From Methanobacteriota archaeon (GTDB lineage Archaea; Thermoplasmatota; Poseidoniia; Poseidoniales; Thalassarchaeaceae), in the NCBI GenBank assembly GCA_004195615.1, contig PSPW01000001.1, positions 210,881-274,880 on the forward strand: 64,000 nucleotides of DNA, given 5' to 3'. This document shows, piece after piece, positions 40,940-52,239 of the stretch. The notes below the pieces were generated by a model. The model ran no database searches. It was not told where the DNA came from and worked only from the letters and a program-made list of their open reading frames with translations. How positions within the stretch are numbered: the stretch's first letter is position 1; the number at the start of each line of letters is the position of its first letter. Position numbers and translations under genes: made by a program.

Positions 40940-40985
40940 AGATTGTGCCAAATTACGTATGAACGTATTGAAAAAAGAGGCTTGA
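40940..40985. promoter_or_regulatory. Divergent heat-shock promoter region (Hsp20-like/dnaK versus thermosome) containing an ACGTAT…ACGTAT direct repeat with TACGTA palindrome and an A/T-rich TATA-like element
   Basis: Sequence ttACGTATgaACGTATtgaaaaaag lies ~30 nt upstream of the probable thermosome ATG at 41001. Confidence 0.3.
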
Positions 40986-42593
40986 GTGGGTGATTACAGA
41001 ATGGTCGAGTCTGATCACGATATGGCGCTGGAAGACACAGACAGAATTCATGGAAGGACTGCTTTAGTCAACAACGTCAAGGCTGCTTCATCTCTTGCGG
41101 GGGCGATTCGATCCACTCTAGGTCCGAAGGGGCTTGACAAGATGCTTGTTGACGGGGACGGTTCTGCTTTGGTTACAAACGATGGAGTCACGGTTCTGGA
41201 GAAGGCAAACGTAGAACATCCCACAGCGAGACTACTTATCGATGCCTCTTCGTCTCAAGATAGGTCGGCGCGAGATGGGACTACTACGACGGTTCTTCTT
41301 GTTGCGGAGATGTTGCAGAACGCTCTGGAGCTAGTGAGAATGGGGGTTCACCCCTCCATTATCGTAAATGGCTACTCAATTGCATTGGAGGAATCAATCA
41401 GCGAGATTGAGAGAGTCTCGAGAGAATCCAATGAGGTTCAGAAGTCGCAAGTCGTGAAAACGTCCTTGCAGGGCAAGGGAGATTCTTCGATATGTGGACT
41501 GATTGCAAACCTAGCAGTTGAGGCAGCAAACGGACTAGTGGACGTGGAAGGAGGGGACGACTTGGAAAGAATGGTGGTGAAGCGTCTACAGATTAGGGAA
41601 GGTAGTGTCATGGACTCCTCATTGGTCAATGGTTTGATGCTACTAAAATCAAGAGTCGATGCAAACAGTCCAGCGAATTCCGGAGGAGGTGTGATCGCAA
41701 TCATTGACGGAGGGTTGGAACCGCCCAAGCTACAGGCAAATGCATCGATCGAGGTGAGCAGCCTCGGAGTTCTCCAAGAGTTCCACGAAAGGTCTCGAGA
41801 AAATATGCAAAAGCAAGTTGAGCATCTCGCATCCCTTGGGATAGATTTGCTCATAGTTAGGGACGGAATAGCTGACGAAGCGATAATGCAACTGACTGAG
41901 GCGGGGATTGTGGCATACCGGAGGTTCGAGAGAAATGACATGGATTTATTGTCTAGAATTTCTGGAGCTAAGCCTGCCAGAAACGCCAGTGCATTGGAAA
42001 TGGAGAATCTCGGAACTTATTCAAAGAGATTAGAGGAAAGCATCGCAGATGTCAAGCACACCATAATCGAAGGTGATGGAGTGGGAATGACTCTGGCAGT
42101 CAGAGGATCATCACCCGCGGTAAGGGAGGAAGCAATCAGAATTTTCGACGATGCAATTGGAGTTGCTCATCGCCTTAACAGCAGACCCGGGGTCCTACCT
42201 GGAGGGGGGGCTATACAGTCTCACCTAGCTAGGCATCTGAGGCCTTTCTCTCAGACTCAGTCGGGAAGAGAGCAGCTTGCCATTGAGGCATATGCTTCAG
42301 CGCTTGAGTCGATTCCAAGGATTCTTGCTGAAAACGCAGGCAGGGATCCAGTGGAAGTGATTCTCTCTCTATCAGCCGATCAGAAGAAATCGGGTGCATG
42401 GATAGGTTTAGACCTTCAGAGAGGAGAGAACTGCGATATGGCGGAGATGGGTATCTTGGATACTGAATTCGTAGTGAAGCACGCACTTTCCGGGGCGACG
42501 GAAGCCGCAATCGGTGTGCTCAGAATTGACGACGTCCTCTGGGCTCGAACGGACCCTAGCACTCCCGATTGGGAAGAGGAAGCTGAGGACTAG
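40986..42593 (+). CDS. ths: Thermosome subunit (group II chaperonin)
   Basis: …[43 protein letters not shown]… is collinear with archaeal thermosome/CCT. The probable true start is the ATG at 41001 ([15 protein letters not shown]…). Confidence 0.9.
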   Translation: MGDYRMVESDHDMALEDTDRIHGRTALVNNVKAASSLAGAIRSTLGPKGLDKMLVDGDGSALVTNDGVTVLEKANVEHPTARLLIDASSSQDRSARDGTTTTVLLVAEMLQNALELVRMGVHPSIIVNGYSIALEESISEIERVSRESNEVQKSQVVKTSLQGKGDSSICGLIANLAVEAANGLVDVEGGDDLERMVVKRLQIREGSVMDSSLVNGLMLLKSRVDANSPANSGGGVIAIIDGGLEPPKLQANASIEVSSLGVLQEFHERSRENMQKQVEHLASLGIDLLIVRDGIADEAIMQLTEAGIVAYRRFERNDMDLLSRISGAKPARNASALEMENLGTYSKRLEESIADVKHTIIEGDGVGMTLAVRGSSPAVREEAIRIFDDAIGVAHRLNSRPGVLPGGGAIQSHLARHLRPFSQTQSGREQLAIEAYASALESIPRILAENAGRDPVEVILSLSADQKKSGAWIGLDLQRGENCDMAEMGILDTEFVVKHALSGATEAAIGVLRIDDVLWARTDPSTPDWEEEAED

Positions 42594-43546
42594 GAACTCG
42601 AGATTCCCCTCAGCATTTCATCGACCAAGGAACTAAGATTGAAATCTGGGGACCAATTCCACTCTCTCTCAGCAACAGAACCATCGATCGAATCTGGCCA
42701 TGAGTCAGCATATTCCTGCCTAACATCGGGGACGAAATCACAAGTAAATCCCTCGACTCTTTCTGATATTGCGTTCACCAGCTCCTCCGCTGAGAACGAA
42801 AGACAGGGGATGTTGTATCCAGCTCGGGACTCTCCGAGAGAGACATCGCTAGAATCCATAAGAGTGAGCGTTGCATTGATTGCATCATCCATGTAGAGCA
42901 TTGGGAGACGGGTGTCCGGACGTACGAAGCACTCGTAGTGACCTTCCTTTAGTGCAGCATGGAATATTTCCACAGCATAGTCTGTTGTCCCCCCTCCTGC
43001 AGGAGCCTTGTATGATATTAGACCCGGATAACGAATGCCTCGAGTGTCGACTCCGAAGCGTCCTAGATATTCACGAGCTATGGCTTCCCCGGTCACCTTC
43101 GTCTCACCATAAACCGTTGTGGGGTTGAGTGCTGCACCCTGAGTGGCATGCTTTGGTGAATCTGGGCCAAAAACCGCTATTGATGATGGCGAGTACACCT
43201 TGAGGTTGCAAACCTTGGCTGCCTCTAGTATTGAAATTGTCCCACCTATGTTTATCCTGCGGCATAAATCCGGATCACGCTCCCCTATTGCAGATAGAAG
43301 TGCTGCGAGATGGTATATCGTGCCAACCCCCTCATTTTGGCAGATTCTGGAAATCCCATCGGTATCAAGAACATCCAGAATCACGAATGGGCCCCCTTCA
43401 ACGGAAGAATGCCCTGCTGATTCCTTAATATCAGAGGCGATTACCGACTCGTTTCCGTGCCTTTCACGAAGTGCTTGAACCAAATCCGTACCAATCTGAC
43501 CCAGTGCCCCGGTGACCAGCACCTTGTCTCCCGTGGTGTCCGACAT
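42590..43546 (-). CDS. tdh: L-threonine 3-dehydrogenase (SDR/UDP-galactose-4-epimerase-like type)
   Basis: Collinear over the full length with the epimerase-like TDH family (KVLVTGALGQIGTDL…ASDI…GPFVILDVLD…YHLAALLSA…YGETKV…YPGLISYKAPAGGGTTDYAVEIFHAALK…TRLPMLYMDD…). Confidence 0.75.
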   Translation of the reverse strand: MSDTTGDKVLVTGALGQIGTDLVQALRERHGNESVIASDIKESAGHSSVEGGPFVILDVLDTDGISRICQNEGVGTIYHLAALLSAIGERDPDLCRRINIGGTISILEAAKVCNLKVYSPSSIAVFGPDSPKHATQGAALNPTTVYGETKVTGEAIAREYLGRFGVDTRGIRYPGLISYKAPAGGGTTDYAVEIFHAALKEGHYECFVRPDTRLPMLYMDDAINATLTLMDSSDVSLGESRAGYNIPCLSFSAEELVNAISERVEGFTCDFVPDVRQEYADSWPDSIDGSVAEREWNWSPDFNLSSLVDEMLRGISSS

Positions 43547-43602
43547 GTGTAACCGTAATTCTGACGCTACTTGAAATTAAAGAATAAGCAAACAGGATTA
43601 TA

Positions 43603-45315
43603 TTGGCCAACGTTGATAGAGGAGGGGCAACTGATTTGAACCCCGTTGATGAGATGAAGTATGTCGTTGTGACGGGTGGAGTGATCTCCGGATTAGGCAA
43701 AGGAGTGACTGCTAGTAGCATTGGCGTTCTTCTAAAAAGCGCTGGACTGAGAGTAACTGCAGTCAAGATTGACCCATATCTGAATACAGACGCGGGAACG
43801 ATGTCTCCGTTTGAACACGGGGAGGTCTTCGTTCTGGACGATGGTGGAGAGGTTGATCTAGATCTAGGAAACTACGAAAGATTCCTTGACGTGTGTCTGA
43901 CGAGAGAGAACAACATAACCACAGGAAAGGTGTATGATAACGTAATTCAGAAGGAGAGGAGGGGAGACTACCTTGGCAAGACTGTACAGGTAATCCCTCA
44001 CATTACCAATGAGATTCAGGACTGGATAGAGAGAGTGGCCCACGCTCCAAGTGATGGCAACGGGAAGAAACCAGATGCCTGTGTGATTGAGTTGGGCGGG
44101 ACTGTGGGGGACATCGAAAGTGCGCCTTTCATCGAAGCACTGCGACAGTTCCAATTCAGAGTCGGGCAAGAGAACATTTGCTTTGTTCACGTCAGTCTGA
44201 TTCCAGTAATGGGCCCAGTCGGGGAGCAGAAGACAAAGCCAACCCAACATACTGTGAAAGATCTCAGGGGCCTTGGAATTAATCCGCATATGCTTGTCTG
44301 CAGATCAAAGAGTCCCTTGATTGACGACACTCGTCAGAAGATTTCCGCATTCTGTCACGTACCTCCGGAAGCGGTTCTCTCAGCTCACGATGTTACGAAC
44401 ATCTACCAAGTCCCAATAATGCTTGAGACCCAGGGAGTAACTAGGATGCTCTCGGAGAGGTTTGATTTCGAAATCCCAGCCAAGAGGGAAATACTGGAAG
44501 ATTGGAAAAAGCTGGCTGATCACGTCGACTCGCTAGAGGATGCAGAGGAAGTGCATATTGCAGTTGCTGGGAAGTATACCGACCTCTCAGACTCTTATCT
44601 CAGTGTAATAAAGGCCCTTCAACATGCATCTTTCAAGGTAGACAGAAAGCTGGTTATAGATTGGATTGAGTCATCGGTACTGGACGAGGATGCTAGGAAG
44701 ACGAAACAAGAATCGCATGATGAAGCTTGGGAAATCCTTCGAGCAGCAGATGGAATTCTAGTACCTGGAGGATTCGGTATCAGGGGGATAGAGGGGAAAA
44801 TTAAGGCTGCAGAGTACGCTAGAGAGAATAATGTCCCTTACTTGGGGGTTTGCCTGGGCTTGCAAGTAGCGACAATCGAGTTCTGCAGGAACGTTTTGGG
44901 TATGGAAGGGGCGAATTCCGCCGAATTCGAGGAAAATCCCCCTCACGCTGCCATTGTCTTCATGCCAGAGATATCCAAGACTCACATGGGCGGGACGATG
45001 AGGCTTGGGACAAAGCCAACTCCATTCCTAGTGGATGACTGTAAAATCAAGCGCCTATACGGCGGGGTAGAGCACGTAGATGAGAGGCACAGGCACAGAT
45101 ACGAAGTTAATCCAGAACTAATCGAAGATATCGAGAGCTCAGGCTTGATTTACGTGGGCAAGGACGAGACTGGGGAGCGTTGCGAGATTATGGAGCTAGA
45201 AGGCCATCCTTATTTCGTCGGCACCCAGTACCATCCAGAGTTCAAATCAAGGCCGGACCGGCCAAGTCCTCCATTCCTAGGCCTCCTGATGGCGGCTTCA
45301 GGAATGGAAATCTAA
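43603..45315 (+). CDS. pyrG: CTP synthase
   Basis: [17 protein letters not shown]-terminus. Glutamine amidotransferase C-domain with GVCLGLQ and HRHRYEVN. Confidence 0.9.
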   Translation: MANVDRGGATDLNPVDEMKYVVVTGGVISGLGKGVTASSIGVLLKSAGLRVTAVKIDPYLNTDAGTMSPFEHGEVFVLDDGGEVDLDLGNYERFLDVCLTRENNITTGKVYDNVIQKERRGDYLGKTVQVIPHITNEIQDWIERVAHAPSDGNGKKPDACVIELGGTVGDIESAPFIEALRQFQFRVGQENICFVHVSLIPVMGPVGEQKTKPTQHTVKDLRGLGINPHMLVCRSKSPLIDDTRQKISAFCHVPPEAVLSAHDVTNIYQVPIMLETQGVTRMLSERFDFEIPAKREILEDWKKLADHVDSLEDAEEVHIAVAGKYTDLSDSYLSVIKALQHASFKVDRKLVIDWIESSVLDEDARKTKQESHDEAWEILRAADGILVPGGFGIRGIEGKIKAAEYARENNVPYLGVCLGLQVATIEFCRNVLGMEGANSAEFEENPPHAAIVFMPEISKTHMGGTMRLGTKPTPFLVDDCKIKRLYGGVEHVDERHRHRYEVNPELIEDIESSGLIYVGKDETGERCEIMELEGHPYFVGTQYHPEFKSRPDRPSPPFLGLLMAASGMEI

Positions 45316-46460
45316 TCAACAGAAACTGGTAGGATCCTTGTCGTCCGAAATCCCTGTAGTACCTTCATGTACCTCTTGGATGCGAATTCTTGGTCGAGAT
45401 CCTCATCGCCAGTCTCAATCCTTAGTGCTCTGACTGTTAGGAGTTTTGCAGGTGTCACCACTCCGAGGATGTTGTCAATACCAATCGAGCCAAGCACGGC
45501 TGGAGAAAGTTGCAGATTTCCCCTCCCGATCAGGAAACCCTGGCCCCCCATTGGTGAGAGGAGGAGCGTGGTGGGTCCCACATGAGAGTCTAGGAGTGCG
45601 AGTATTCCCGATTCATCCAGGTCCGTGCCAACTTGCTCCCCACCAATAGTAGCATCAATTCCAAGAGTCGTCAATTCAAAACCGATGTTGCCCGCAATCT
45701 CACGGAGAGTCCCACCCGAACCCCAGATAATTAGACGGTCGTCACTTACTAGGGAATCCTCGATATGGTCTGATATGCCAATGATGATTTCTTTCTCTGA
45801 TTCTGTTTCAATCAGCTGTTTAGATCCCTGCATCCACCTCGGAGAATTTGGGGAGAAAGCCTCAGCATAGAGTCGAACGACCCATTTTCCCTTTCTGTAG
45901 AGTTCCTCGTCTAGATCCAGTACTTCGGTGGAAGATACTAGGAGATCTCCATGAAGCCATGCTGAAAGGACCTCGGCGGCTGCCTTGGGTGAGCTGGCGA
46001 AGCAACCCGAGTGCATCTTCACTCCGGAGGGGACACCTATAATCGGTAGTTCAGAGGATTGCGAATTACCTAGAGAAGCAACGATGTCTCTAGTTGTCCC
46101 ATCCCCTCCAGAGTAGACTAGAATATCGATTCTATTCTCAAGAAGCCTCTCAATAGCATCTTCAGTATCGGTAGCCGAGGTTTCGCCAGATGACTCATGA
46201 ACCTCAGAAATAGTCCCAGTCTGAAGTTCCTCGGGAATCCAGTCAGTTCCCATCCTACCTCTGCTGGTTATCCACTCTAGCTGATTTGATTCCCCCCGGT
46301 GAATGCTAGAGAAATGCCTTAGCATTGATTCTAAACGTGGTCCTGACCTATCTTCAGCCCCCTTCGAACGAGCCAACTCAGCCTGGCCATCTGAGCCTTT
46401 GAGGCCTAGTCTACCCCCTAGTCCGGCATCGGGATTAGCTAGTAGGCCAATGCGCACCAT
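45312..46460 (-). CDS. ATP-NAD kinase-like (NadK/AcoX-like, GGDG motif) protein
   Basis: [17 protein letters not shown]. 382 aa. The exact function is uncertain. Confidence 0.45.
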   Translation of the reverse strand: MVRIGLLANPDAGLGGRLGLKGSDGQAELARSKGAEDRSGPRLESMLRHFSSIHRGESNQLEWITSRGRMGTDWIPEELQTGTISEVHESSGETSATDTEDAIERLLENRIDILVYSGGDGTTRDIVASLGNSQSSELPIIGVPSGVKMHSGCFASSPKAAAEVLSAWLHGDLLVSSTEVLDLDEELYRKGKWVVRLYAEAFSPNSPRWMQGSKQLIETESEKEIIIGISDHIEDSLVSDDRLIIWGSGGTLREIAGNIGFELTTLGIDATIGGEQVGTDLDESGILALLDSHVGPTTLLLSPMGGQGFLIGRGNLQLSPAVLGSIGIDNILGVVTPAKLLTVRALRIETGDEDLDQEFASKRYMKVLQGFRTTRILPVSVD

Positions 46461-46513
46461 GACTCGCCCAGAGGGAGCGTGTTCTTATCGGTTCACGCTC
46501 GGGACACTGTTCA

Positions 46514-47422
46514 ATGAGGGTCGTGGTCGCACTTGGAGGAAACTCACTTCTCAAGAGGAGAGAGGAACCGACTTCGGAGAATCAGAGGAGGAACGTAAGA
46601 TCTGCCTGCAAGTCTCTAGTACCGCTTGCAGAGAATCACCAACTTGTAATCACACATGGAAATGGCCCTCAAGTGGGACTTCTCGCGATGCAGTCTGCTT
46701 CGTACAAGGAAGTAGAGGAATACCCATTGGATGTCCTTGGGGCCCAGACAGAGGGGATGCTCGGCTATTTCATCGAACAGGAACTGGGCAATATGATGCC
46801 AACAGAGTCTGCTTTCGCGACAATTCTGACTATGGTTGAAGTTGATCCTGATGACCCTGCATTCCAGAACCCCACCAAACCAATTGGACTTCTATACGGT
46901 GAGGAGGAGGCGAAGAAAGTAGCGAAAAAGAGAGGTTGGTCGATAGCCAGAGACGGTGATGGCTGGAGGAGAGTGGTGCCCTCGCCCAAACCTCACAGAA
47001 TTTTCGAGTTGCGACCCATCCACTGGCTTCTTGAGAAGGGGGTTGTGGTGATTTGTGCTGGAGGTGGTGGGATTCCGACTGCATACAACTCCGAGGGGAT
47101 ACTAGAAGGAATCGAGGTTGTCATAGACAAAGACCGGTCAAGTGCACTACTCGCTAGACAGCTAGGGGCCAGACTACTGATTCTTGCGACGGATGCGGAT
47201 GGCGTTTACGATGGCTGGAGAAGTGACAAAGCGAAGATTATCCGAAGGGCGACTCCGGAGGAGATGTCCGGGCGAGAGTTTGATGCGGGCTCAATGGGAC
47301 CGAAGGTAGAGGCAGCATGTGACTTCGTCAGTAGAACTGGCGAGCGTGCCGTAATCGGTTCGCTATCTGAAATAACGGGAATGGTAGACGGGACTTCGGG
47401 CACACAAATCACCATTGAATGA
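46514..47422 (+). CDS. arcC: Carbamate kinase
   Basis: [13 protein letters not shown]…[15 protein letters not shown] closely matches the ArcC N-terminus. Confidence 0.8.
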   Translation: MRVVVALGGNSLLKRREEPTSENQRRNVRSACKSLVPLAENHQLVITHGNGPQVGLLAMQSASYKEVEEYPLDVLGAQTEGMLGYFIEQELGNMMPTESAFATILTMVEVDPDDPAFQNPTKPIGLLYGEEEAKKVAKKRGWSIARDGDGWRRVVPSPKPHRIFELRPIHWLLEKGVVVICAGGGGIPTAYNSEGILEGIEVVIDKDRSSALLARQLGARLLILATDADGVYDGWRSDKAKIIRRATPEEMSGREFDAGSMGPKVEAACDFVSRTGERAVIGSLSEITGMVDGTSGTQITIE

Positions 47423-47428
47423 GGGTTA

Positions 47429-49441
47429 TTGTGTCAATTTACGGCCAAGGCCTTCATATCGACTGGACGTCGGCGAAGCCGAAGAGGGATACCAGTGGGC
47501 ATGATTTCTGTTGATGTTGGCGAGGACGGGCCACACGAGTATGCAAGTGGGATTAGCGCAGGAGAGGTAATCAAAAACGTACATGGAAGAAAGTCCGGAG
47601 CCGTAGCCGCATTGGTTGACGGGGAAGAGCGAGATATGTCTTACGCTCTGGAGGAAGACTGCAAGGTTAATCCAATACTGGGTGACTCCGAGAAGGGACT
47701 CTACATCCTGAGGCACAGTTGTGCCCACCTACTCGCTCAAGCTGTGACTCAACTTTACCCCGATGCAAAGCCGACAATTGGTCCTCCGATCGAACACGGA
47801 TTCTACTATGACTTCCACATGGACCCTATTGGTGAAGATGAACTCCGTGAGATAGAGAAGAGGATGAAGGAGCTGGTTAAATCGAACATAGCAATAGAAC
47901 GAGAGGAGTACGCCAACGACTCACTAAGGGAGTTGTTCAGTGCAAATTCCTTCAAGTTGGAGATAATGGATGACAAGATTGGTCATGATGTGGGCTCTTC
48001 CGCATATCGGCAGGGCGAGTTCGTCGATTTGTGCAGGGGGCCTCACGTTTCCCTCACTTCACAGTTGAGGTGGTTCAAGCTAACTAGCACTAGCCAGGCC
48101 TACTGGAGGGCAGACAGGGATCGTGAATCATTAGTCAGGATTTACGGGATGTGCTATTCCTCCAAGGATGGCCTTAAGCAGAGAGAACGGCAGATCGGAG
48201 AGGCCGCCAGAAGGGATCACAAGAAGATTGGAAAGGAGATGGGCCTCTACATGATTGACGAGCTAATCGGCAAGGGCCTACCTGTATGGCTACCCAATGG
48301 TGAGATCCTGAAATCCGAGATAGAGAAGTTCGCTGTAGAAACGGAGGAGTCCTATGGCTACGTCAGAGTGACCACCCCTGTCTTGGGGAAGAAAGAATTG
48401 TTCGAAATGAGCGGACACCTCCCCCACTACTCCGATGGGATGTACCCTCCCATGAAGATGGACGACGGAGAGTACTACCTCAAGGCGATGAACTGCCCAA
48501 TGCATCATCTGATTTTCTCCAACAGTAAGCGTTCATACAGAGAGTTGCCGATTAGGATTGCTGAATACGGAACCGTATACAGAAACGAGCTATCCGGCAC
48601 CTTAACCGGACTTCTCAGAGTCAGGATGCTGTCGATGAATGATGCCCATATTTACTGTACATTGGATCAGGTTGCAGAGGAGGTTGAGAGCAACGTTCGG
48701 ATGGCACAGGAATACTACAAAACATTCGGTTTCGAGGACTATGACTTCCGCTTATCCCTGTGGGACCCAGCGAACAAGGACAAGTACATCGATCAACCCG
48801 AGAATTGGGAGTCCACTCAGAACCATCTCAGACGCATTATGGATGGCTTGGATGTGGATTACACCGAGGCAGTCGGGGAGGCAGCATTCTATGGTCCGAA
48901 GATAGACATTCAATTCAGAACGACTCTTGGAAGGGAGGAGACGCTGGCCACAATTCAGCTGGACTTCGCGGCCAAGGAAAGGTTCGGGTTATCCTACATG
49001 GATGAGACGGGTAATGAGAATGGCGAGGTCTTCGTGATCCATCGAGCACCTCTTTCAACGCACGAGAGATTCGTGGCTTTCCTCCTCGAACAGTGGACGG
49101 GAAATCTTCCGACCTGGCTCTCACCATTGCAGACACAGGTAATCACCATCTCCGAGAAGCACAAGAAATACGCCGACCAGGTGAGGGAGTCCCTAGAACT
49201 GGCAGGAGTAAGAGTGAGCGTGGATGACTCGGACAATACGATTGGGAAGAAGATTAGGACGCACAGGAAGAATCGGCCTGCCTACATGTTAATCCTAGGG
49301 GACGAGGAGATGAGTGGCGGTACCGTCTCGATTAGGGGGCGGAGCGGGAGTCAAAAGAAAGGTGTGAAACTGGAAGAGTTCGTTTCAGACATCTTTGCCG
49401 AGATTTCCAATCGGAGTAGAGAGCTTTCACTGGACGAGTGA
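47429..49441 (+). CDS. thrS: Threonyl-tRNA synthetase
   Basis: Class II aaRS catalytic core (…MNCPMHHLIF…RVRMLSMNDAHIYC…) plus C-terminal anticodon-binding domain. 670 aa. The true start may be the internal MISVDVG. Confidence 0.9.
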   Translation: MCQFTAKAFISTGRRRSRRGIPVGMISVDVGEDGPHEYASGISAGEVIKNVHGRKSGAVAALVDGEERDMSYALEEDCKVNPILGDSEKGLYILRHSCAHLLAQAVTQLYPDAKPTIGPPIEHGFYYDFHMDPIGEDELREIEKRMKELVKSNIAIEREEYANDSLRELFSANSFKLEIMDDKIGHDVGSSAYRQGEFVDLCRGPHVSLTSQLRWFKLTSTSQAYWRADRDRESLVRIYGMCYSSKDGLKQRERQIGEAARRDHKKIGKEMGLYMIDELIGKGLPVWLPNGEILKSEIEKFAVETEESYGYVRVTTPVLGKKELFEMSGHLPHYSDGMYPPMKMDDGEYYLKAMNCPMHHLIFSNSKRSYRELPIRIAEYGTVYRNELSGTLTGLLRVRMLSMNDAHIYCTLDQVAEEVESNVRMAQEYYKTFGFEDYDFRLSLWDPANKDKYIDQPENWESTQNHLRRIMDGLDVDYTEAVGEAAFYGPKIDIQFRTTLGREETLATIQLDFAAKERFGLSYMDETGNENGEVFVIHRAPLSTHERFVAFLLEQWTGNLPTWLSPLQTQVITISEKHKKYADQVRESLELAGVRVSVDDSDNTIGKKIRTHRKNRPAYMLILGDEEMSGGTVSIRGRSGSQKKGVKLEEFVSDIFAEISNRSRELSLDE

Positions 49442-49477
49442 AGTATCAATACTGGACCCCATCTAGGAATATCCACA

Positions 49478-50497
49478 ATGGTCACCAAGGATGGCATTGG
49501 AAGCTCCGATAACTCGGAGGCGATGCTGTCAACAGCACGTTCTGTGATTCGCACATGCCTCCAAGTCAGGAGGGAGGAGGACGTCCTAGTAATCACTGAT
49601 CCAGATACAGCGGAGGTGGGCCAGGCGCTATACGAGGAGGCTGCAAGAGTAACAGACCGGATACTCCTGGTAATGATGCCACCAACCCAGAAAACTGGGA
49701 AGGAACCTCCCCTTCCAGTCTCGGACATAATGAGGAAAAATAGGGTGATCATCATTGCAACCAAGGATTCCCTCACGCACACCAGGGCAAGGCAGCAGGC
49801 GACCAAAGAGGGAGCTAGAATAATCTCCATGCCTGGAATTGGGAGTATTTCCTTCGAGTCGGGTGGCATGACTGCGGACTACAACGCCTTGCAAAGAGAG
49901 ATTAGCGGCATGGGTTCAGTCTTCAGGAGGAAGAGGAGGGTCCGCGTCAAGTCAAAAGCAGGGACGGATGTGGAGTTCACCACCGGTAACAGGTGGATTC
50001 TAGAAGACAACGGAATTTGCAACAGACCTGGGCAGATTGCCAACCTACCTGCAGGAAAGGTGTTCGTCCTCCCCAAAGAGAAGAGCATGAATGGTACCAT
50101 TGTAATCGATGGGTCGTGGGAGGGGAGGCTGCTGGAAGATTCCATCTCGTTCAAAATCGAAGAAGGTCTAGTTACCGGCATCTCTGGCGGGGAGCTAGCT
50201 GAGGAAATTAGTGCGGTTTTCGAAGTTGCAAAATCTGGAGTAAGGAACACCAAGAGAGATCAAGTGTGGACTGTTGCTGAGTTCGGATTCGGTATGAATC
50301 CGAAGGCCACGAAACTGGTAGGAAACAAAGTCGAGGATCTTGTTGTCAGAGGATCATCGTATTTCGGGTTCGGCGACAATTCCCACATCGGTGGTGATGC
50401 CAGAGTCGGGATTCACCTCAGAGGTTCGCTCATTGACCCTGAGGTAACCCTAGAGGATTCTGTGATTGTTTCTGAAGGGAAGATATCTGTTCGGTAG
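49478..50497 (+). CDS. M29/AmpS-like aminopeptidase family protein
   Basis: N-terminal pattern (…ARSVIRTCLQVRREEDVLVITDPDTAEVGQALYEEAARV…) resembles thermophilic aminopeptidase AmpS. Low-specificity call. Confidence 0.4.
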   Translation: MVTKDGIGSSDNSEAMLSTARSVIRTCLQVRREEDVLVITDPDTAEVGQALYEEAARVTDRILLVMMPPTQKTGKEPPLPVSDIMRKNRVIIIATKDSLTHTRARQQATKEGARIISMPGIGSISFESGGMTADYNALQREISGMGSVFRRKRRVRVKSKAGTDVEFTTGNRWILEDNGICNRPGQIANLPAGKVFVLPKEKSMNGTIVIDGSWEGRLLEDSISFKIEEGLVTGISGGELAEEISAVFEVAKSGVRNTKRDQVWTVAEFGFGMNPKATKLVGNKVEDLVVRGSSYFGFGDNSHIGGDARVGIHLRGSLIDPEVTLEDSVIVSEGKISVR

Positions 50498-50505
50498 GTG
50501 ATCTA

Positions 50506-51111
50506 GTGCGTGCAGTACTCTGGTGCAACGGCTCAATGCCACCTTCCACAGTAATTGACTCGGTAATCTCTGGTGATGTACCAGTATTCGGAGTGGATGG
50601 TGGTGGTGATCGCGCCACTGAATCTGGCATTGAAGTTGAAGAGATTCTCGGCGACCTAGACTCTGTGGACGTTCTTTCCTGGGAAGGGAGAACGGTGGAG
50701 TTGGCCGAGCAAATGACCAGCGATCTGGCAAAATCACTCGTCCTTCTGATTGACCGAGGATTCGATGAGATTGATATTGTCGGTGCCGATGGTGGCGAGC
50801 CCGCCCATATCCTCGGAAACTGGGCAGCAATGCATGATGCCCCTCCCGGGGCCCTCATCCGTATTCATCACGAGAATCATGTCACCACAAGGATTCATCC
50901 CGAAGAGGGGGAAGTGTCGATGGAAATCGGACTAGGGGAGGTTTTCTCGGTCTTCGCTCTTGAGCCGAGCAAGGTGTGGATTTCAGGAGCCAAGTGGGAG
51001 ATGTCCGGAGATTTACTTTCCCTCTCCACAAGGGGGCTGCACAACGAAGGAATGGGCGGCATGGTCTCAGTAAGAAGCGACGGGGTTCTAGCGATCATCT
51101 CACTACGATGA
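50506..51111 (+). CDS. Thiamine pyrophosphokinase-like protein
   Basis: LWCNGSMP…VFGVDGGGDRA resembles the TPK catalytic-domain opening. 201 aa. Confidence 0.4.
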   Translation: MRAVLWCNGSMPPSTVIDSVISGDVPVFGVDGGGDRATESGIEVEEILGDLDSVDVLSWEGRTVELAEQMTSDLAKSLVLLIDRGFDEIDIVGADGGEPAHILGNWAAMHDAPPGALIRIHHENHVTTRIHPEEGEVSMEIGLGEVFSVFALEPSKVWISGAKWEMSGDLLSLSTRGLHNEGMGGMVSVRSDGVLAIISLR

Positions 51112-52191
51112 CTACTCTTCCTCGCGCACTTTCATAGCTAGCATCAGGGCAATCGGACGGGTCCTCTCATCCTCCTCGAGTGCTATTCGTGCAATTATCA
51201 TGATTGGAACTCCAATTATTGCCCCGGAAATCCCCCACACTGAGGCGCTAACCATGACCGTTAGGAGGAGAACCAGGGGCGAAATCCCAAGTCTCTGTCC
51301 AGAGAGGTTTGGCTCTATGAAGGAGCCGAAGAGTTGCTGATTGCCGATCATGGCTACTCCGAGAAACAGGGCTTGGATTGGGTCCAGTACTATCAGGGCG
51401 ATCATCATCGGTGGTATGGTGGCTAGAAGTGCCCCGAGGATGGGGATGAAGTCGAGCATGAAGCATAGGACTCCGAACAAAAACCAACCTGGAATTTCCA
51501 TGTACCAGAGAAGGAAAGTCAGAATGATTGCTTGGCCGGCGCTACAAGTTGCCTTCGAAATGACATAAGTCGATATTGCCTCTGATGAGTTTGAGACGAT
51601 GTTCCTAACCCTGCTATAGGAGCTTGGGAAGGCAGCCTTGAATCTTCCAGGGAGGCTCTTCTCCTCAAGGATCAGGAATATGACAAAGATTGCTACTGTG
51701 GCCATTGTGGTCATGAATGAAGCAAGATCGGCGAGTATGTGTGTGGCAAAATCCTGGATGTTCTGCGGATCAAGGACATTCTCGATGGCTTTCTGGCTGG
51801 TAATCAGATCTTCGAAACCATAGAGGTTGGCCTCGCCCAGATTTGTCCACTTTTCGTCGAACTTGTCAATCAAGCCCCCCTCCTTGTTCATCTCATCTTT
51901 GAATTGATCGATATTCCTGTACAGCAGTATAGAAACGGCATACGAGGCCATTACACCGAAGGCAAGAATCACTCCATAGGCCAGCATTGGCATTCTTGAG
52001 ACAACATCGAATCTCTCGATTAGGTACTGTTCAGGTGCCCTGATTAGGAAATAGATGAGAACTGCAATTGCGAGAGGCATCAGGATTGGTTTCAGATTAA
52101 CCAGTACGAGATAGCCCACTAGGGTGATGATTCCAAAATTTGCTATCGTAGCGCTATTCGATCTCCGCGGTGAAGTAATTCGGCTCTCCAT
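51112..52191 (-). CDS. AI-2E/PerM (UPF0118) family membrane transporter
   Basis: Polytopic membrane protein (~8 TM). Length and hydropathy fit the AI-2E family. Confidence 0.55.
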   Translation of the reverse strand: MESRITSPRRSNSATIANFGIITLVGYLVLVNLKPILMPLAIAVLIYFLIRAPEQYLIERFDVVSRMPMLAYGVILAFGVMASYAVSILLYRNIDQFKDEMNKEGGLIDKFDEKWTNLGEANLYGFEDLITSQKAIENVLDPQNIQDFATHILADLASFMTTMATVAIFVIFLILEEKSLPGRFKAAFPSSYSRVRNIVSNSSEAISTYVISKATCSAGQAIILTFLLWYMEIPGWFLFGVLCFMLDFIPILGALLATIPPMMIALIVLDPIQALFLGVAMIGNQQLFGSFIEPNLSGQRLGISPLVLLLTVMVSASVWGISGAIIGVPIMIIARIALEEDERTRPIALMLAMKVREEE

Positions 52192-52239
52192 CGAGCAGCG
52201 GAAGACGGATGAGCAATCAAGAGTTTCCCCGGACGTTAA

